From positions 7,086 to 71,085 of the forward strand of contig JBAXUS010000005.1 of NCBI GenBank assembly GCA_037129555.1: 64,000 bases of DNA. Reading direction: 5' to 3'. A model generated the notes under the pieces. It saw nothing but the letters and a program-made list of their open reading frames with translations. It made no database searches and was not told the DNA's origin. Of the stretch, positions 1-8,785 are shown one piece after another (positions within the stretch are counted from its first letter, which is position 1; the number at the start of each line of letters is the position of its first letter). This stretch comes from Planctomycetota bacterium. GTDB lineage: Bacteria; Planctomycetota; SZUA-567; H5-PLA8. The position numbers and the translations under genes are program-made.

Positions 1-1
1 T

Positions 2-640
2 GAAAAAATCGCGGTGTTTCCTAACGGGCTGGATGCGCGGCGGCTTGACGCCTTGGGCCGAACACCGCATTCAAAAAGCCGCGAACCCCGCGTTGTGTTC
101 GTCGGCACGTTTGACCCTCGCAAAGGCTCCCGCGAGTTTCCGCGCCTGGTGGATGCCATCATCAAGCACGTTCCCAACGCCACGTTTCGATTGCTGGGAA
201 CGCGCGGGATGTATCCGAACGCCGAATCTGTCTTTGCCGAATTTCCGCGCGCGTTGCGTTCACGCATTGACGTCGTGCCGTCGTTTGATTCCGACGCGTT
301 GCCTGCTCTGCTCGCGGATTGTTCAGTCGGGATATTTCCGTCGCATCTGGAAGGCTTCGGACTCGGCGTGTTGGAGATGCTCGCGGCTGGAATTCCGGTC
401 ATAGCGTACAACGTCCCCGGCCCGCCGATGATGCTGCCACCGGAGTATCTCGTGGATCGTGGCGATTGGCGCAACATGGCCGCAAAAACTGTTGCGCTGC
501 TTCACGACTCCGCCGCTCTGGTTCGAGCCACGGAATGGGCGCGCACCCGCTCGCTCGACTTCCAATGGCCGGACATCGCCGCCCGCATCGACCGCGATTA
601 CCGCTCGCGTATCGCCGCACGTCACGCCGCATCACGTTAA
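2..640 (+). CDS. Glycosyltransferase family 1, C-terminal portion (5' end lies outside the window)
   Basis: Frame is open from the window edge. Translation contains the GT1 C-terminal signature (...SHLEGFGLGVLEMLAAGIPVIAYN..., E-x7-E). GNN-rich codon periodicity is typical of coding sequence in this genome. Confidence 0.6.
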   Translation, partial: EKIAVFPNGLDARRLDALGRTPHSKSREPRVVFVGTFDPRKGSREFPRLVDAIIKHVPNATFRLLGTRGMYPNAESVFAEFPRALRSRIDVVPSFDSDALPALLADCSVGIFPSHLEGFGLGVLEMLAAGIPVIAYNVPGPPMMLPPEYLVDRGDWRNMAAKTVALLHDSAALVRATEWARTRSLDFQWPDIAARIDRDYRSRIAARHAASR

Positions 641-738
641 AAACGACTCAGCGAAATAAGGATTGACCACCGATTCGAATTCGGTCAAGATGAATTGTAA
701 CGGATTCCTGGGATTCGTTCATTTGACAAGGAGGACTC

Positions 739-978
739 ATGACAGCTCGATCAAAGACTATTTTCGATGAAGCCATGCGGCTACCCGCAGACGAACGCTC
801 GCAAGTCGCTCTGGCACTTTTGGATAGCTCGTGCGAAGACGACGACACAGCCGATCCGGATGCCCAAGCCGCGTGGGACGCTGAGATCGATAAGCGTATT
901 GCCGAGATTGATTCGGGGACGATTCCATTTAAATGCGCGTTTGAAGATCTCGACGAAATCAGGGCACTCATCAAATGA
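739..978 (+). CDS. Putative addiction-module antitoxin component (small acidic protein)
   Basis: 79-aa acidic ORF (MTARSKTIFDEAMRLPADERSQVALALL...). Its stop overlaps the start of the downstream RelE/ParE-like ORF by 4 nt (ATGA), the classic type II TA arrangement. Confidence 0.55.
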   Translation: MTARSKTIFDEAMRLPADERSQVALALLDSSCEDDDTADPDAQAAWDAEIDKRIAEIDSGTIPFKCAFEDLDEIRALIK

Positions 979-1283
979 AGTCGCTTTCGCGGCATCAAAA
1001 AGTCCGCACGGACCTCGTTTCGTCGGCCACATGGTATAACCGTGAACAACCGGGCGTGGGCCAGCGTTTCATTGATGAAGTCCAATTCACATACGAGAAG
1101 ATTCGCGAGCGTCCCACGTCTTGGCCCAGCCGTGGAAAAGGAATTCGATATTGTCCTGTAAAAGACTTCCCCTTCAATGTCGTCTATACTGAACGCCCCA
1201 ACACGATCTGGATCGTTGCCGTAGCGCATCGTTCGCGCCGTCCAGATTATTGGCAGATGCGATTGAAGGACATTCCATCGTAA
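975..1283 (+). CDS. RelE/ParE-family toxin (plasmid stabilisation system protein-like)
   Basis: 102-aa basic ORF with a C-terminal ...VYTERPNTIWIVAVAHRSRRPDYW... segment typical of RelE/ParE-fold toxins. It is translationally coupled to the upstream small acidic ORF. Confidence 0.6.
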   Translation: MKSLSRHQKVRTDLVSSATWYNREQPGVGQRFIDEVQFTYEKIRERPTSWPSRGKGIRYCPVKDFPFNVVYTERPNTIWIVAVAHRSRRPDYWQMRLKDIPS

Positions 1284-1337
1284 GCACGGTCGCCACCATA
1301 TCTGAGCCGTTCCTACACGTTCGAAAAGAACACTATA

Positions 1338-2648
1338 TCAGGCTTCGACGCTCTCGGCTTCATCGTCGCCGAGACTCAATAACATGTCTTCGTCCTCGGC
1401 TTGATCACGCGCTGAGCCGCTGGCGTTACGGCGGAAGACGCGAGCGAATTCGTCGCTTCGCGCATCGATGACTTTGACCGCGTTGTCGCCGACACGCAGC
1501 CAGTTCAGTGCGTTGGGCGACCGAAGCGAACCCAGACCAATCACGAGGATGTAGGTGCCATGCAAACTGCGTCGAGGAAGGATGTCAACTAGCGCGTCGA
1601 GACTTCGCGAATCGTCCCGGCGCAACAATGCAAGCATTTCCAATAACGCATCCAGATTGCGCCGGGCGCGGCTGACGGTAACGCGCGCGAATTGGCCATC
1701 AGGCTGGGGCGCTGCGCATTCGATTTCGATTCCGCGCCGCGCGAATTCTCGGACAGCAGTCGCGGCAAATGAAATCGCGTTTTCGAAGACGGCCAAGCGC
1801 TGCTGACCCATGCCGCGCAAATTGGTGTCGAGCAACAACAGCACACGCTTGGACAGCGGTTCTTCAAATTCTCGAACGAGCAACTCGCCTGCGCGGGCCG
1901 AACCACGCCAGTGAATCCAGCGCGGATTGTCCTCTTTGCGGTACTCGCGCAAGCCACGAAATTCTTCTTCCGAGCGCGACGGTCGAGAGCGCCGCATCGC
2001 TTCAAGCGAGCGTTCGATGTCTTCGTATAACGACGCGTTGACCTCACCCAAACGCGGATAGACGATCACCTGCCCGGGCGCTTTGCGCGCGGAAAAGCTC
2101 CGGAAAAATCCCAGCGGGTAAACGGTCTCAATGCGTGAATCCGCGAACGCATACATCCCGCGTTTACGCAGAGACAGCGTGTACGTCGCGCGCCCGGTTT
2201 CGTTCCCGGCAAGCGCCATCATAAACGCGCTGCCGTGCGCAGCGACGACCGAAATCGCGCGCCGCACCGGACCAGTTGAAGACGCAGGCGTTTCGCGCGT
2301 GATGGCTTCTACGAGACACAGGCCGGTCACTGGAAGCGGTGATGCGTTGGTCAATTGAACCGTGATCGTGAGCGGCTCACCCGAGAAAACATGCTCGGCA
2401 TTGCGCCGCTTGAACGAGACCGATTTCAACGCGCGCGTTCCGAACCACAAGGACAACATCCACAGCGCAAACAGCACCAGCGCGATCAGCAGCGGAATGT
2501 TCGACCATGAATTCGATCCCAACGACAACATCCCGCACATCACCGCCAGCGCGGCGAAGAGCAGCCCGTCCGGCGTCATGCGCATCAGGGTGCGGAAGGG
2601 CCAGGTGAAGGCATCAAAAAGAGTATCTTTTATCCGAGTGAAGTTCAT
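1338..2648 (-). CDS. DUF58-family membrane protein
   Basis: 436 aa with N-terminal hydrophobic helices and a central region resembling DUF58 (normally a partner of MoxR ATPases). No MoxR gene is adjacent; it lies directly downstream of the Ser/Thr kinase on the same strand. Confidence 0.45.
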   Translation of the reverse strand: MNFTRIKDTLFDAFTWPFRTLMRMTPDGLLFAALAVMCGMLSLGSNSWSNIPLLIALVLFALWMLSLWFGTRALKSVSFKRRNAEHVFSGEPLTITVQLTNASPLPVTGLCLVEAITRETPASSTGPVRRAISVVAAHGSAFMMALAGNETGRATYTLSLRKRGMYAFADSRIETVYPLGFFRSFSARKAPGQVIVYPRLGEVNASLYEDIERSLEAMRRSRPSRSEEEFRGLREYRKEDNPRWIHWRGSARAGELLVREFEEPLSKRVLLLLDTNLRGMGQQRLAVFENAISFAATAVREFARRGIEIECAAPQPDGQFARVTVSRARRNLDALLEMLALLRRDDSRSLDALVDILPRRSLHGTYILVIGLGSLRSPNALNWLRVGDNAVKVIDARSDEFARVFRRNASGSARDQAEDEDMLLSLGDDEAESVEA

Positions 2649-2696
2649 GGCCGGACGGCCTCACTGTGAAACGAGGACAACGGGGCAGACTCGTCC

Positions 2697-3968
2697 CTAT
2701 TTCCTCAACAAAAATTCCAGCACCGCGATGATCAGCATCGTCGCACCGAAGATGCACGCCACGATCACGTACATGCGCAGGCGTTTGACTTCTTCGCGCA
2801 AGACTTCGATTTCGCTCTTCGCGCGCTCGACGTTTTTTTGCGCGTTGTTGATCGTGCGGATGATCGTCGATTTGCCTGCATCGAGCGGTTTGTTCGACGG
2901 GTTCTGACCGATCTTGACGAGCTCCATATCCTCGATCAACGCCGTCGCTTCGTTGAAACGGTCGCTCGGATTCTTCGCCATCATGCGTTCCAGAATCGTC
3001 ATCACCGAGTCAGGAATTTTGGGATTCATCGTGCGCGGGTCGGGCAACTCCGAGCGAATGTGCTGACGCATCACCGAACTGCCCGAGCCCTCGTACGGCG
3101 GCTTGCCGGTCAGCATGTGGTACAGCGAACAGCCCAGCGAGTATTGGTCCGAGCGCCAGTCGATATTATCGTTACCCATCGCCTGTTCAGGCGAAATGTA
3201 ATCGGGCGTGCCGAGCACTTCACCTTCAGTTGAAATCACCGGATCGAGCTTGGATTTGACGAAGCCGAAGTCGCCGAGCTTGACCTGTTTTTTGCGCGTC
3301 ATCATCATGTTGCCGGGCTTGATGTCGCGGTGAACGATGTCCCATTGCTTGATGTAATTGATCGCCTGCATGATCTGGATGACGATGTCCAGCGCGTCTG
3401 GAATGTCCAGCGGCCCGACGCGGTCGATCATGTCTTCGACGGTTTCACCATCAATGAATTCCATCGAAAAATAATACACGCCACGGTCACGACCGACGTC
3501 GTAGACCTGGATCAAATTCTGGTGGCTCAAGCGCCCGGCTAAACGCGCTTCAAGCAGAAAACGCTTTTTGAATTCTTCGTCGCCGAGCCACTTCTTATGG
3601 AGTACTTTCAGCGCCACGTCGCGCGACATGGAAATCTGCCGCGCCTTGTACACAGTCCCCAGCCCACCGTCACCGATTTTGCCGATGATTTCATAATTGC
3701 CGATGCGCAGCACATCGCCTTTTTCTTCGTCGCGTTGCAACCGCCCCAGCGCCGTTCGCACCGCGCGGATTTGGTCCTCGGTCATGTAGCCCTTGGACTG
3801 CAGAATCGTATCAATCGTTATGGCGGACTCGCCGTCGTCTGTGCTGCCGCTCGGCGAGGACTCGTGCGCCTGTGACAGCGCCGCCAGGCACTCCTGCACC
3901 TGCATCTCCGTGACCAGACCGTTTTCAACGGCCAATTCTTCGAACGTCGTCGCTCCCTTACGGGCCAT
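2697..3968 (-). CDS. Ser/Thr protein kinase with N-terminal MshEN-like repeats, coiled coil and C-terminal transmembrane tail anchor
   Basis: Hanks kinase motifs are present (GxGxxGxV: GDGGLGTVYKA; HRDIKPGN; DFG; SPE). Preferred start is MARKGATTF (AGAGG 11 nt upstream). The longer 4073 start adds a sequence translated from an ACACACAC tract and looks non-protein-like. C-terminal hydrophobic segment MYVIVACIFGATMLIIAVLEFLL. Confidence 0.75.
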   Translation of the reverse strand: MARKGATTFEELAVENGLVTEMQVQECLAALSQAHESSPSGSTDDGESAITIDTILQSKGYMTEDQIRAVRTALGRLQRDEEKGDVLRIGNYEIIGKIGDGGLGTVYKARQISMSRDVALKVLHKKWLGDEEFKKRFLLEARLAGRLSHQNLIQVYDVGRDRGVYYFSMEFIDGETVEDMIDRVGPLDIPDALDIVIQIMQAINYIKQWDIVHRDIKPGNMMMTRKKQVKLGDFGFVKSKLDPVISTEGEVLGTPDYISPEQAMGNDNIDWRSDQYSLGCSLYHMLTGKPPYEGSGSSVMRQHIRSELPDPRTMNPKIPDSVMTILERMMAKNPSDRFNEATALIEDMELVKIGQNPSNKPLDAGKSTIIRTINNAQKNVERAKSEIEVLREEVKRLRMYVIVACIFGATMLIIAVLEFLLRK

Positions 3969-4163
3969 TTCGTCGCTGCCTCTCGTGGACGTGTGTGTGT
4001 TAACCGCTGTGCATTTTAGCGCATTTTCGAAAACATCTATAGCAGAGAAAATCTTTGAGCGTGAAAGCCTCATTTCTTATCATCGTGCCTTTGTGTCTTG
4101 GCGTCTTTGTGTTAAAAATCTCGCATTCAAGACGTTCTGAAAAAACATGAGGAGAGTCAAGCT

Positions 4164-5033
4164 GTGCAATTGGACCCGACGTTGACCCGGATTGCGGTGC
4201 CGAGCAAAGGGCGGCTGCAAGAACCCAGCGAATCGTTGCTGCGAGCTGCTGGCATCAAATACCGCAAGCGCGACCGTTCGCTTTTTTCGAACGTGGACGG
4301 ACTGCGCGCCGCAATTCTATTCGTGCGCCCCGACGACATCCCTCTTTTGGTCGCCGAAGGCGCGGCGGACATGGGCTTGGTCGGTGAAGATTTGATCCAC
4401 GAAAACAATTGCGTCGGTCGTGTTGAGAAGAAGCTGGACCTCGCATACGGCCATTGCCGACTCGCTGTCGCCACGCGTGTTGATGGTGGAGCGAAGACCG
4501 TCGAAGCATTGCGCGGCCAGAAAATCGCCGCGTCGATGGCTGTCTCCGCGCGCGAATTTTTCAAGCAAAAGAACGTCGACGTCAATCTGCTCGAAGTCAC
4601 CGGCTCGGTTGAAATCATGGTCGCGCTTGGGCTGGCTGATGCGATCGTCGATCTCGTCGAATCCGGCGACACACTTCGCGACAATGGATTGGAAGTCATC
4701 GAAACCGTCGCGCAATCGCAAGCCGTTTTGATTCAAACACCGAAGCCGCGCGACGCACAACTCTGTGACTTGATCATCCGCCGATTGAAAGGCGTCTTGA
4801 CCGCGCAGCAATATTCGCTGCTCGAATACAACATCCACCGCGACAAACTCAAGCAGGCTGAAGCGCTCACGCCGGGTTACAATTCGCCGACGATCAGCAG
4901 TTGCGAAGATCCCGAATGGGTGGCGGTCAAAGTCATGGTGCCGAAGAAACAATCGATCATCATCATGGACGGCCTAGAAGCGCTCGGAGCGTCTGCGATT
5001 TTGGAGACGTTGATTTCGAATTGCAGGCTGTAA
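4164..5033 (+). CDS. hisG: ATP phosphoribosyltransferase, long form (HisG with C-terminal regulatory domain)
   Basis: 289 aa with typical HisG N-terminus (LTRIAVPSKGRLQEPSESLLRAAGI) and a C-terminal regulatory domain. GTG start preceded by GAGGAGA RBS. Confidence 0.85.
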   Translation: MQLDPTLTRIAVPSKGRLQEPSESLLRAAGIKYRKRDRSLFSNVDGLRAAILFVRPDDIPLLVAEGAADMGLVGEDLIHENNCVGRVEKKLDLAYGHCRLAVATRVDGGAKTVEALRGQKIAASMAVSAREFFKQKNVDVNLLEVTGSVEIMVALGLADAIVDLVESGDTLRDNGLEVIETVAQSQAVLIQTPKPRDAQLCDLIIRRLKGVLTAQQYSLLEYNIHRDKLKQAEALTPGYNSPTISSCEDPEWVAVKVMVPKKQSIIIMDGLEALGASAILETLISNCRL

Positions 5034-5067
5034 ACACAGTTCAACGTGTGACGTGAAAGCGATTCGT

Positions 5068-5113
5068 GCCTCGGATATGAATGATCGCATTCATATCCGA
5101 GGCCGTTTTTTTT
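5068..5113 (+). terminator. Rho-independent terminator downstream of hisG
   Basis: Perfect 16-bp stem GCCTCGGATATGAATG / CATTCATATCCGAGGC with 4-nt loop, followed by CGTTTTTTTT. Confidence 0.75.
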
Positions 5114-5210
5114 CGTGCATTCGAATTGATTCGCAGCACATCACGTTCATTTTTCCTCTAATATCGAGCAACTCAGCGCGGGTAAATACACACGTTGCGC
5201 TCGCAGGCGC

Positions 5211-6767
5211 ATGCAAGGTTTCAAGAGTTCACACGTTCGATTGGAAACAGAGACCATGAGTTCTTCCGACCCCATCGCAGCACGTCCCCAGATGACCGTA
5301 ACCGGTGAAGCCACCGCGATTCTTCCGGCTCGCAACAACGCCGGGAAACCGATTACCGTGATTGGAACCCAGACCATTCGTGACGGTTTCGATGCGCGGT
5401 GTTTGGAGCAGGCGTTGAATTCGCGCGGGGCTCCGGGCGTGACGGATTTGGTTTTGAATCCGGACGCTCACGTCGGATACGGTGCGCCGATCGGATGCGT
5501 GTTGGTATCGCCGACGCACATTTACCCCGGGCCGGTGGGCGTGGATATCAAGTGCAGCATGAGTTTGTTGCAGCTTGATTTGCCTGCCGATGCGGTGAAA
5601 GACCGGACCACTCGCCGCGCGTTGATCGATGCGATTTTGGAACGGACTCCGACCGGGCCGGGGCAGGGGCAGCGTTCTGCAAAAAAGTGCCGGCAGGTGG
5701 ACGAGGCGGTGGGGCGTCGTGCGATGACCACTGGCGCGTCCGCTGACGTCTGCAACGCGCTGGGAATTCCGACGGAGTGGGCAGACATGTGCGAAGATTC
5801 GTGCCACGTCGCTCACGATGGAACGGCGGATTCGTTGGAACTGCGTCTCGATCAGATTTTGCAGACGCCATTGATCCGCAATTTCAACGACAAGGTCCAG
5901 CAGCTCGGATCGTATGGCGGAGGGAATCACTTCGGCGAATGTGAAGTCGTGACGATCGAGGATAACGCCCGCGCTCGGACGGCGGCGGATGTCTTCGGTA
6001 TGCGCGACAATTGCGTCGCGTTCCTGTCGCACTGCGGATCGCGCGGCTTCGGAAATCTTCTCGCGCAGGGACAGTTCCGCGCGTTGCAGGCGATGTTTGA
6101 ACGCTGGAGCATTCCGTTGCCGGGAGGCGACCGCGAGTTGGTGTATGCGCCGCTTGGAACGGCTGAAGCGGATTGCTATATCGACGACCTGTCGTTGGGA
6201 TCGAACTTCGCGACGGTGAATCACATGCTGATCAACGCGCTGGTGCTCGAAGCGTTTCAGTCCGTGATTCCCGGGACGAAGGGGCAGCTGGTTTATTTTA
6301 TCAGCCACAACATCGCGCGGCAGGAGATCGTCAATAATCAAAAGTGCTGGGTGCATCGGAAGGGAGCGACGCGCGCGTTCCCGGCGGGACATCATTCATT
6401 GAAGGGAACGCGTTACGAAACGACCGGTCATCCGATTTTACTTCCTGGAAATCCGACGGCGGGAAGTGTAGTCATGGTGGCCGATCCCGGCGCGGAGAAG
6501 AGTTGCTACAGCGTCAATCACGGTGCAGGCCGGTGCAAAGGACGTAAGGCTGCGATCCGCGAACTCGATCAGAAGACCGTGGACAAAGAAATGCTTGACC
6601 ACGATATTCTGAGCAACTGCCGCCAGTATCCGAAGGACGAAGCTCCGGCCGCGTACAAGGATTTCGACGAAGTCTTGAAGTCCGTCACGTCGGCAGGATT
6701 GGCCAGCCCCGTTGCGCGGTTGAAGGCGCGGTTTGTGATCAAGGACAGTTCGGGCGCTGATGATTAG
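5211..6767 (+). CDS. rtcB: RNA-splicing ligase RtcB
   Basis: RtcB family motifs (…GGNHFGECEV…, …SVNHGAGRCKGR…). The true start may be the ATG at 5256 (MSSSDPIAARP). No rtcA/rtcR/archease is adjacent. Confidence 0.8.
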   Translation: MQGFKSSHVRLETETMSSSDPIAARPQMTVTGEATAILPARNNAGKPITVIGTQTIRDGFDARCLEQALNSRGAPGVTDLVLNPDAHVGYGAPIGCVLVSPTHIYPGPVGVDIKCSMSLLQLDLPADAVKDRTTRRALIDAILERTPTGPGQGQRSAKKCRQVDEAVGRRAMTTGASADVCNALGIPTEWADMCEDSCHVAHDGTADSLELRLDQILQTPLIRNFNDKVQQLGSYGGGNHFGECEVVTIEDNARARTAADVFGMRDNCVAFLSHCGSRGFGNLLAQGQFRALQAMFERWSIPLPGGDRELVYAPLGTAEADCYIDDLSLGSNFATVNHMLINALVLEAFQSVIPGTKGQLVYFISHNIARQEIVNNQKCWVHRKGATRAFPAGHHSLKGTRYETTGHPILLPGNPTAGSVVMVADPGAEKSCYSVNHGAGRCKGRKAAIRELDQKTVDKEMLDHDILSNCRQYPKDEAPAAYKDFDEVLKSVTSAGLASPVARLKARFVIKDSSGADD

Positions 6768-6775
6768 AACGGACT

Positions 6776-6888
6776 ATTTGTCATTTGTGATTTGTCATTT
6801 GGTATTTGTCATTTGAACAACAACAGCGCCTTCGCATCGGTCGCTGTTAAATGACAAATCACAAATGACAATTGACAAATGACAAATG
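6776..6888. repeat. AT-rich palindromic array: three direct copies of ATTTGTCATTTG (14-bp period) mirrored by three inverted copies (CAAATGACAAAT) around a 13-nt centre
   Basis: Read directly. Left arm is t-ATTTGTCATTTG-tg-ATTTGTCATTTG-gt-ATTTGTCATTTG-aacaacaacagcg. Right arm is cgctgtt-aAATGACAAAT-cac-AAATGACAAt-tga-CAAATGACAAAT-g. It lies between the rtcB stop (6767) and the ftsY start (7040). Confidence 0.85.
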
Positions 6889-7039
6889 CCGTTAAACCGG
6901 TTTGTACTCGAAGCGAGCGTTGCAACGTTCGTTCTGCATCGCGCTTGTTGTTTACGACGTAGCCCCTATTATATAGTAGCGGAAAATGCCGGCGCGGAAC
7001 TCGCACTCGCGCTGAGTCGGACAACAAAGGAGCACTGCC

Positions 7040-8035
7040 GTGGCGTTGGGGAATTTTTTCAAAAAGATCGGGCAGGCGGTCAGCAACACCGTCACGAACA
7101 TCGCGAAGAAGGCCAGCGAGTCGCTCGTGGCGACCGTCAAGCCCATGACGCGCCTGTTGCGCAACGGCTTGGATTTTCTCGTCGGGCGCAAGATCGATGA
7201 CGAAGCCGCAGACCGCATTCGCGACACGCTGATTCAAGCCGACGTCTCGCCACGCATGGCCGAGGACCTCGTCGAAAAACTTCACGCCGCATACAAAGAC
7301 CGCGAAATCAAAAGCACTGACGAAGTGATGCTCTTTTTGAAGGAGCATCTTAAAAAAGAATTCCCGCCGCAGAACAGCGCGTCCAATTGGGCACCGCGTG
7401 GCACACCGACCGTGATCCTGATCGTCGGTGTCAACGGTTCCGGAAAAACAACGTCGATTGCAAAACTAGCGTATCGATTCAAAGCCGAAGGCATGAGTGT
7501 TCTGCTCGCTCCGGCGGACACATTTCGTGCGGCTGCGGTGCAGCAATTGATCACGTGGGCCGACCGCGTGGGTGTCGATTACATTCCGTCGAAACAGGAT
7601 CAAGACCCATCATCGGTCGCGTATCAAGCCGTCGAAAAAGCACTCGCCAAAAATATCGATGTGGTGATCGTCGATACCGCCGGGCGTTTGGACAACAAAA
7701 AGAATCTGATGGATGAGCTTGAAAAAATCACACGCGTCATCCGCAAAAAGCTCCCGAACGCGCCGCACGAAGTTCTGTTGGTCCTCGATGGAAACACCGG
7801 CCAGACCGCAGTGCGACAGGCGAAGAATTTCGAGAAGACGGCGGGTGTGACTGGCTTGATCATCACGAAACTCGATGGCACAGCCAAAGGCGGCGCAGTG
7901 ATTTCAATGCGCGCGGAAGTCGATCTGCCGGTAAAATACATTGGTCTCGGCGAAAAAATGACAGACCTCGAACCGTTCGACGCGGATGTGTTCGTCGATG
8001 AAATTTTCAATTCAGAAGAAACCAAAGAAGGCTGA
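7040..8035 (+). CDS. ftsY: Signal recognition particle receptor FtsY (short form lacking the acidic A domain)
   Basis: N and G domains with GTPase motifs (GVNGSGKTTS, DTAGR, TKLDG). GTG start. Confidence 0.85.
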   Translation: MALGNFFKKIGQAVSNTVTNIAKKASESLVATVKPMTRLLRNGLDFLVGRKIDDEAADRIRDTLIQADVSPRMAEDLVEKLHAAYKDREIKSTDEVMLFLKEHLKKEFPPQNSASNWAPRGTPTVILIVGVNGSGKTTSIAKLAYRFKAEGMSVLLAPADTFRAAAVQQLITWADRVGVDYIPSKQDQDPSSVAYQAVEKALAKNIDVVIVDTAGRLDNKKNLMDELEKITRVIRKKLPNAPHEVLLVLDGNTGQTAVRQAKNFEKTAGVTGLIITKLDGTAKGGAVISMRAEVDLPVKYIGLGEKMTDLEPFDADVFVDEIFNSEETKEG

Positions 8036-8089
8036 TGTCCGCGCGCTGCGTGGCAGGAACTTTATTTAATCGGAACACTGCGAAACACC

Positions 8090-8767
8090 ATGCGAAAATT
8101 GATGCGACTGATCGGGATGGCGGAATATGGCTGGGACGAATTGCTGCTGATGATCGCGGCTACTGCGGTCGCGGAAGGGCTGCTCCGGATTTTCCTGCCT
8201 CCTATTCTTTGGCCGTTGATGCTGCTGCCGTTAATCCCTCTCGGTGTGGTCGTGTGGTTTTTCCGTGATCCGGATCGTCGTGGACCCAACGAACCGAACA
8301 CCTATTTGTCACCGGCTGACGGTACGGTTGCGGACATTATCGAAGTTGACGCACCCGATTTCATTTGTGGTAAAGCTTTGCGTATCGGTATCTTTTTGTC
8401 GCCATTAAATGTCCACGTCAACCGTGCGCCGTGTGACGGTGTCGTACGTTTCGTCCAATTCAAGTCCGGCGAATTTCTCCCTGCTTACGACCCCGAAGCG
8501 CCCACACGCAACGAGTCGGCGTCGATGGGTATGGTCTCGAAAGACGGGCACAAAACGATTACGAAACAGATCACCGGCCTGCTCGCGCGCCGCATTGTGT
8601 GTGAAGCGAAAGACGGCGACGCGCTCGCGCGCGGGCAACGCTACGGCATGATCAAATTCGGCTCGCGAACGGAACTGTATATTCCGCTCACGGACAAGCC
8701 CGCATCGTTGGTGAAAGTCGGTGACGTAGTCAAAGGTGGTGAAACAGTTTTAGCCCGGATCAACTAA
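8090..8767 (+). CDS. psd: Phosphatidylserine decarboxylase proenzyme (short, archaeal-type Psd)
   Basis: 225 aa with N-terminal membrane anchor and an FGSR-T self-cleavage-type motif (KFGSRTELYIP). It lies next to the CDP-alcohol phosphatidyltransferase gene. Confidence 0.7.
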   Translation: MRKLMRLIGMAEYGWDELLLMIAATAVAEGLLRIFLPPILWPLMLLPLIPLGVVVWFFRDPDRRGPNEPNTYLSPADGTVADIIEVDAPDFICGKALRIGIFLSPLNVHVNRAPCDGVVRFVQFKSGEFLPAYDPEAPTRNESASMGMVSKDGHKTITKQITGLLARRIVCEAKDGDALARGQRYGMIKFGSRTELYIPLTDKPASLVKVGDVVKGGETVLARIN

Positions 8768-8785
8768 CAGATCACAGGAGCGAAC

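Noticed and set aside
3969-4073. Upstream in-frame extension of the Ser/Thr kinase (start at 4073)
   Set aside because: The extension includes translation of an ACACACACAC tract (…NTHTSTRG…) and lacks an RBS. The internal ATG at 3968 with AGAGG upstream is preferred.
5229-6395. 388-aa minus-strand ORF overlapping rtcB
   Set aside because: Antisense to rtcB. It is Arg/His/Gln-rich with no domain pattern, a spurious ORF from GC-rich codon structure.
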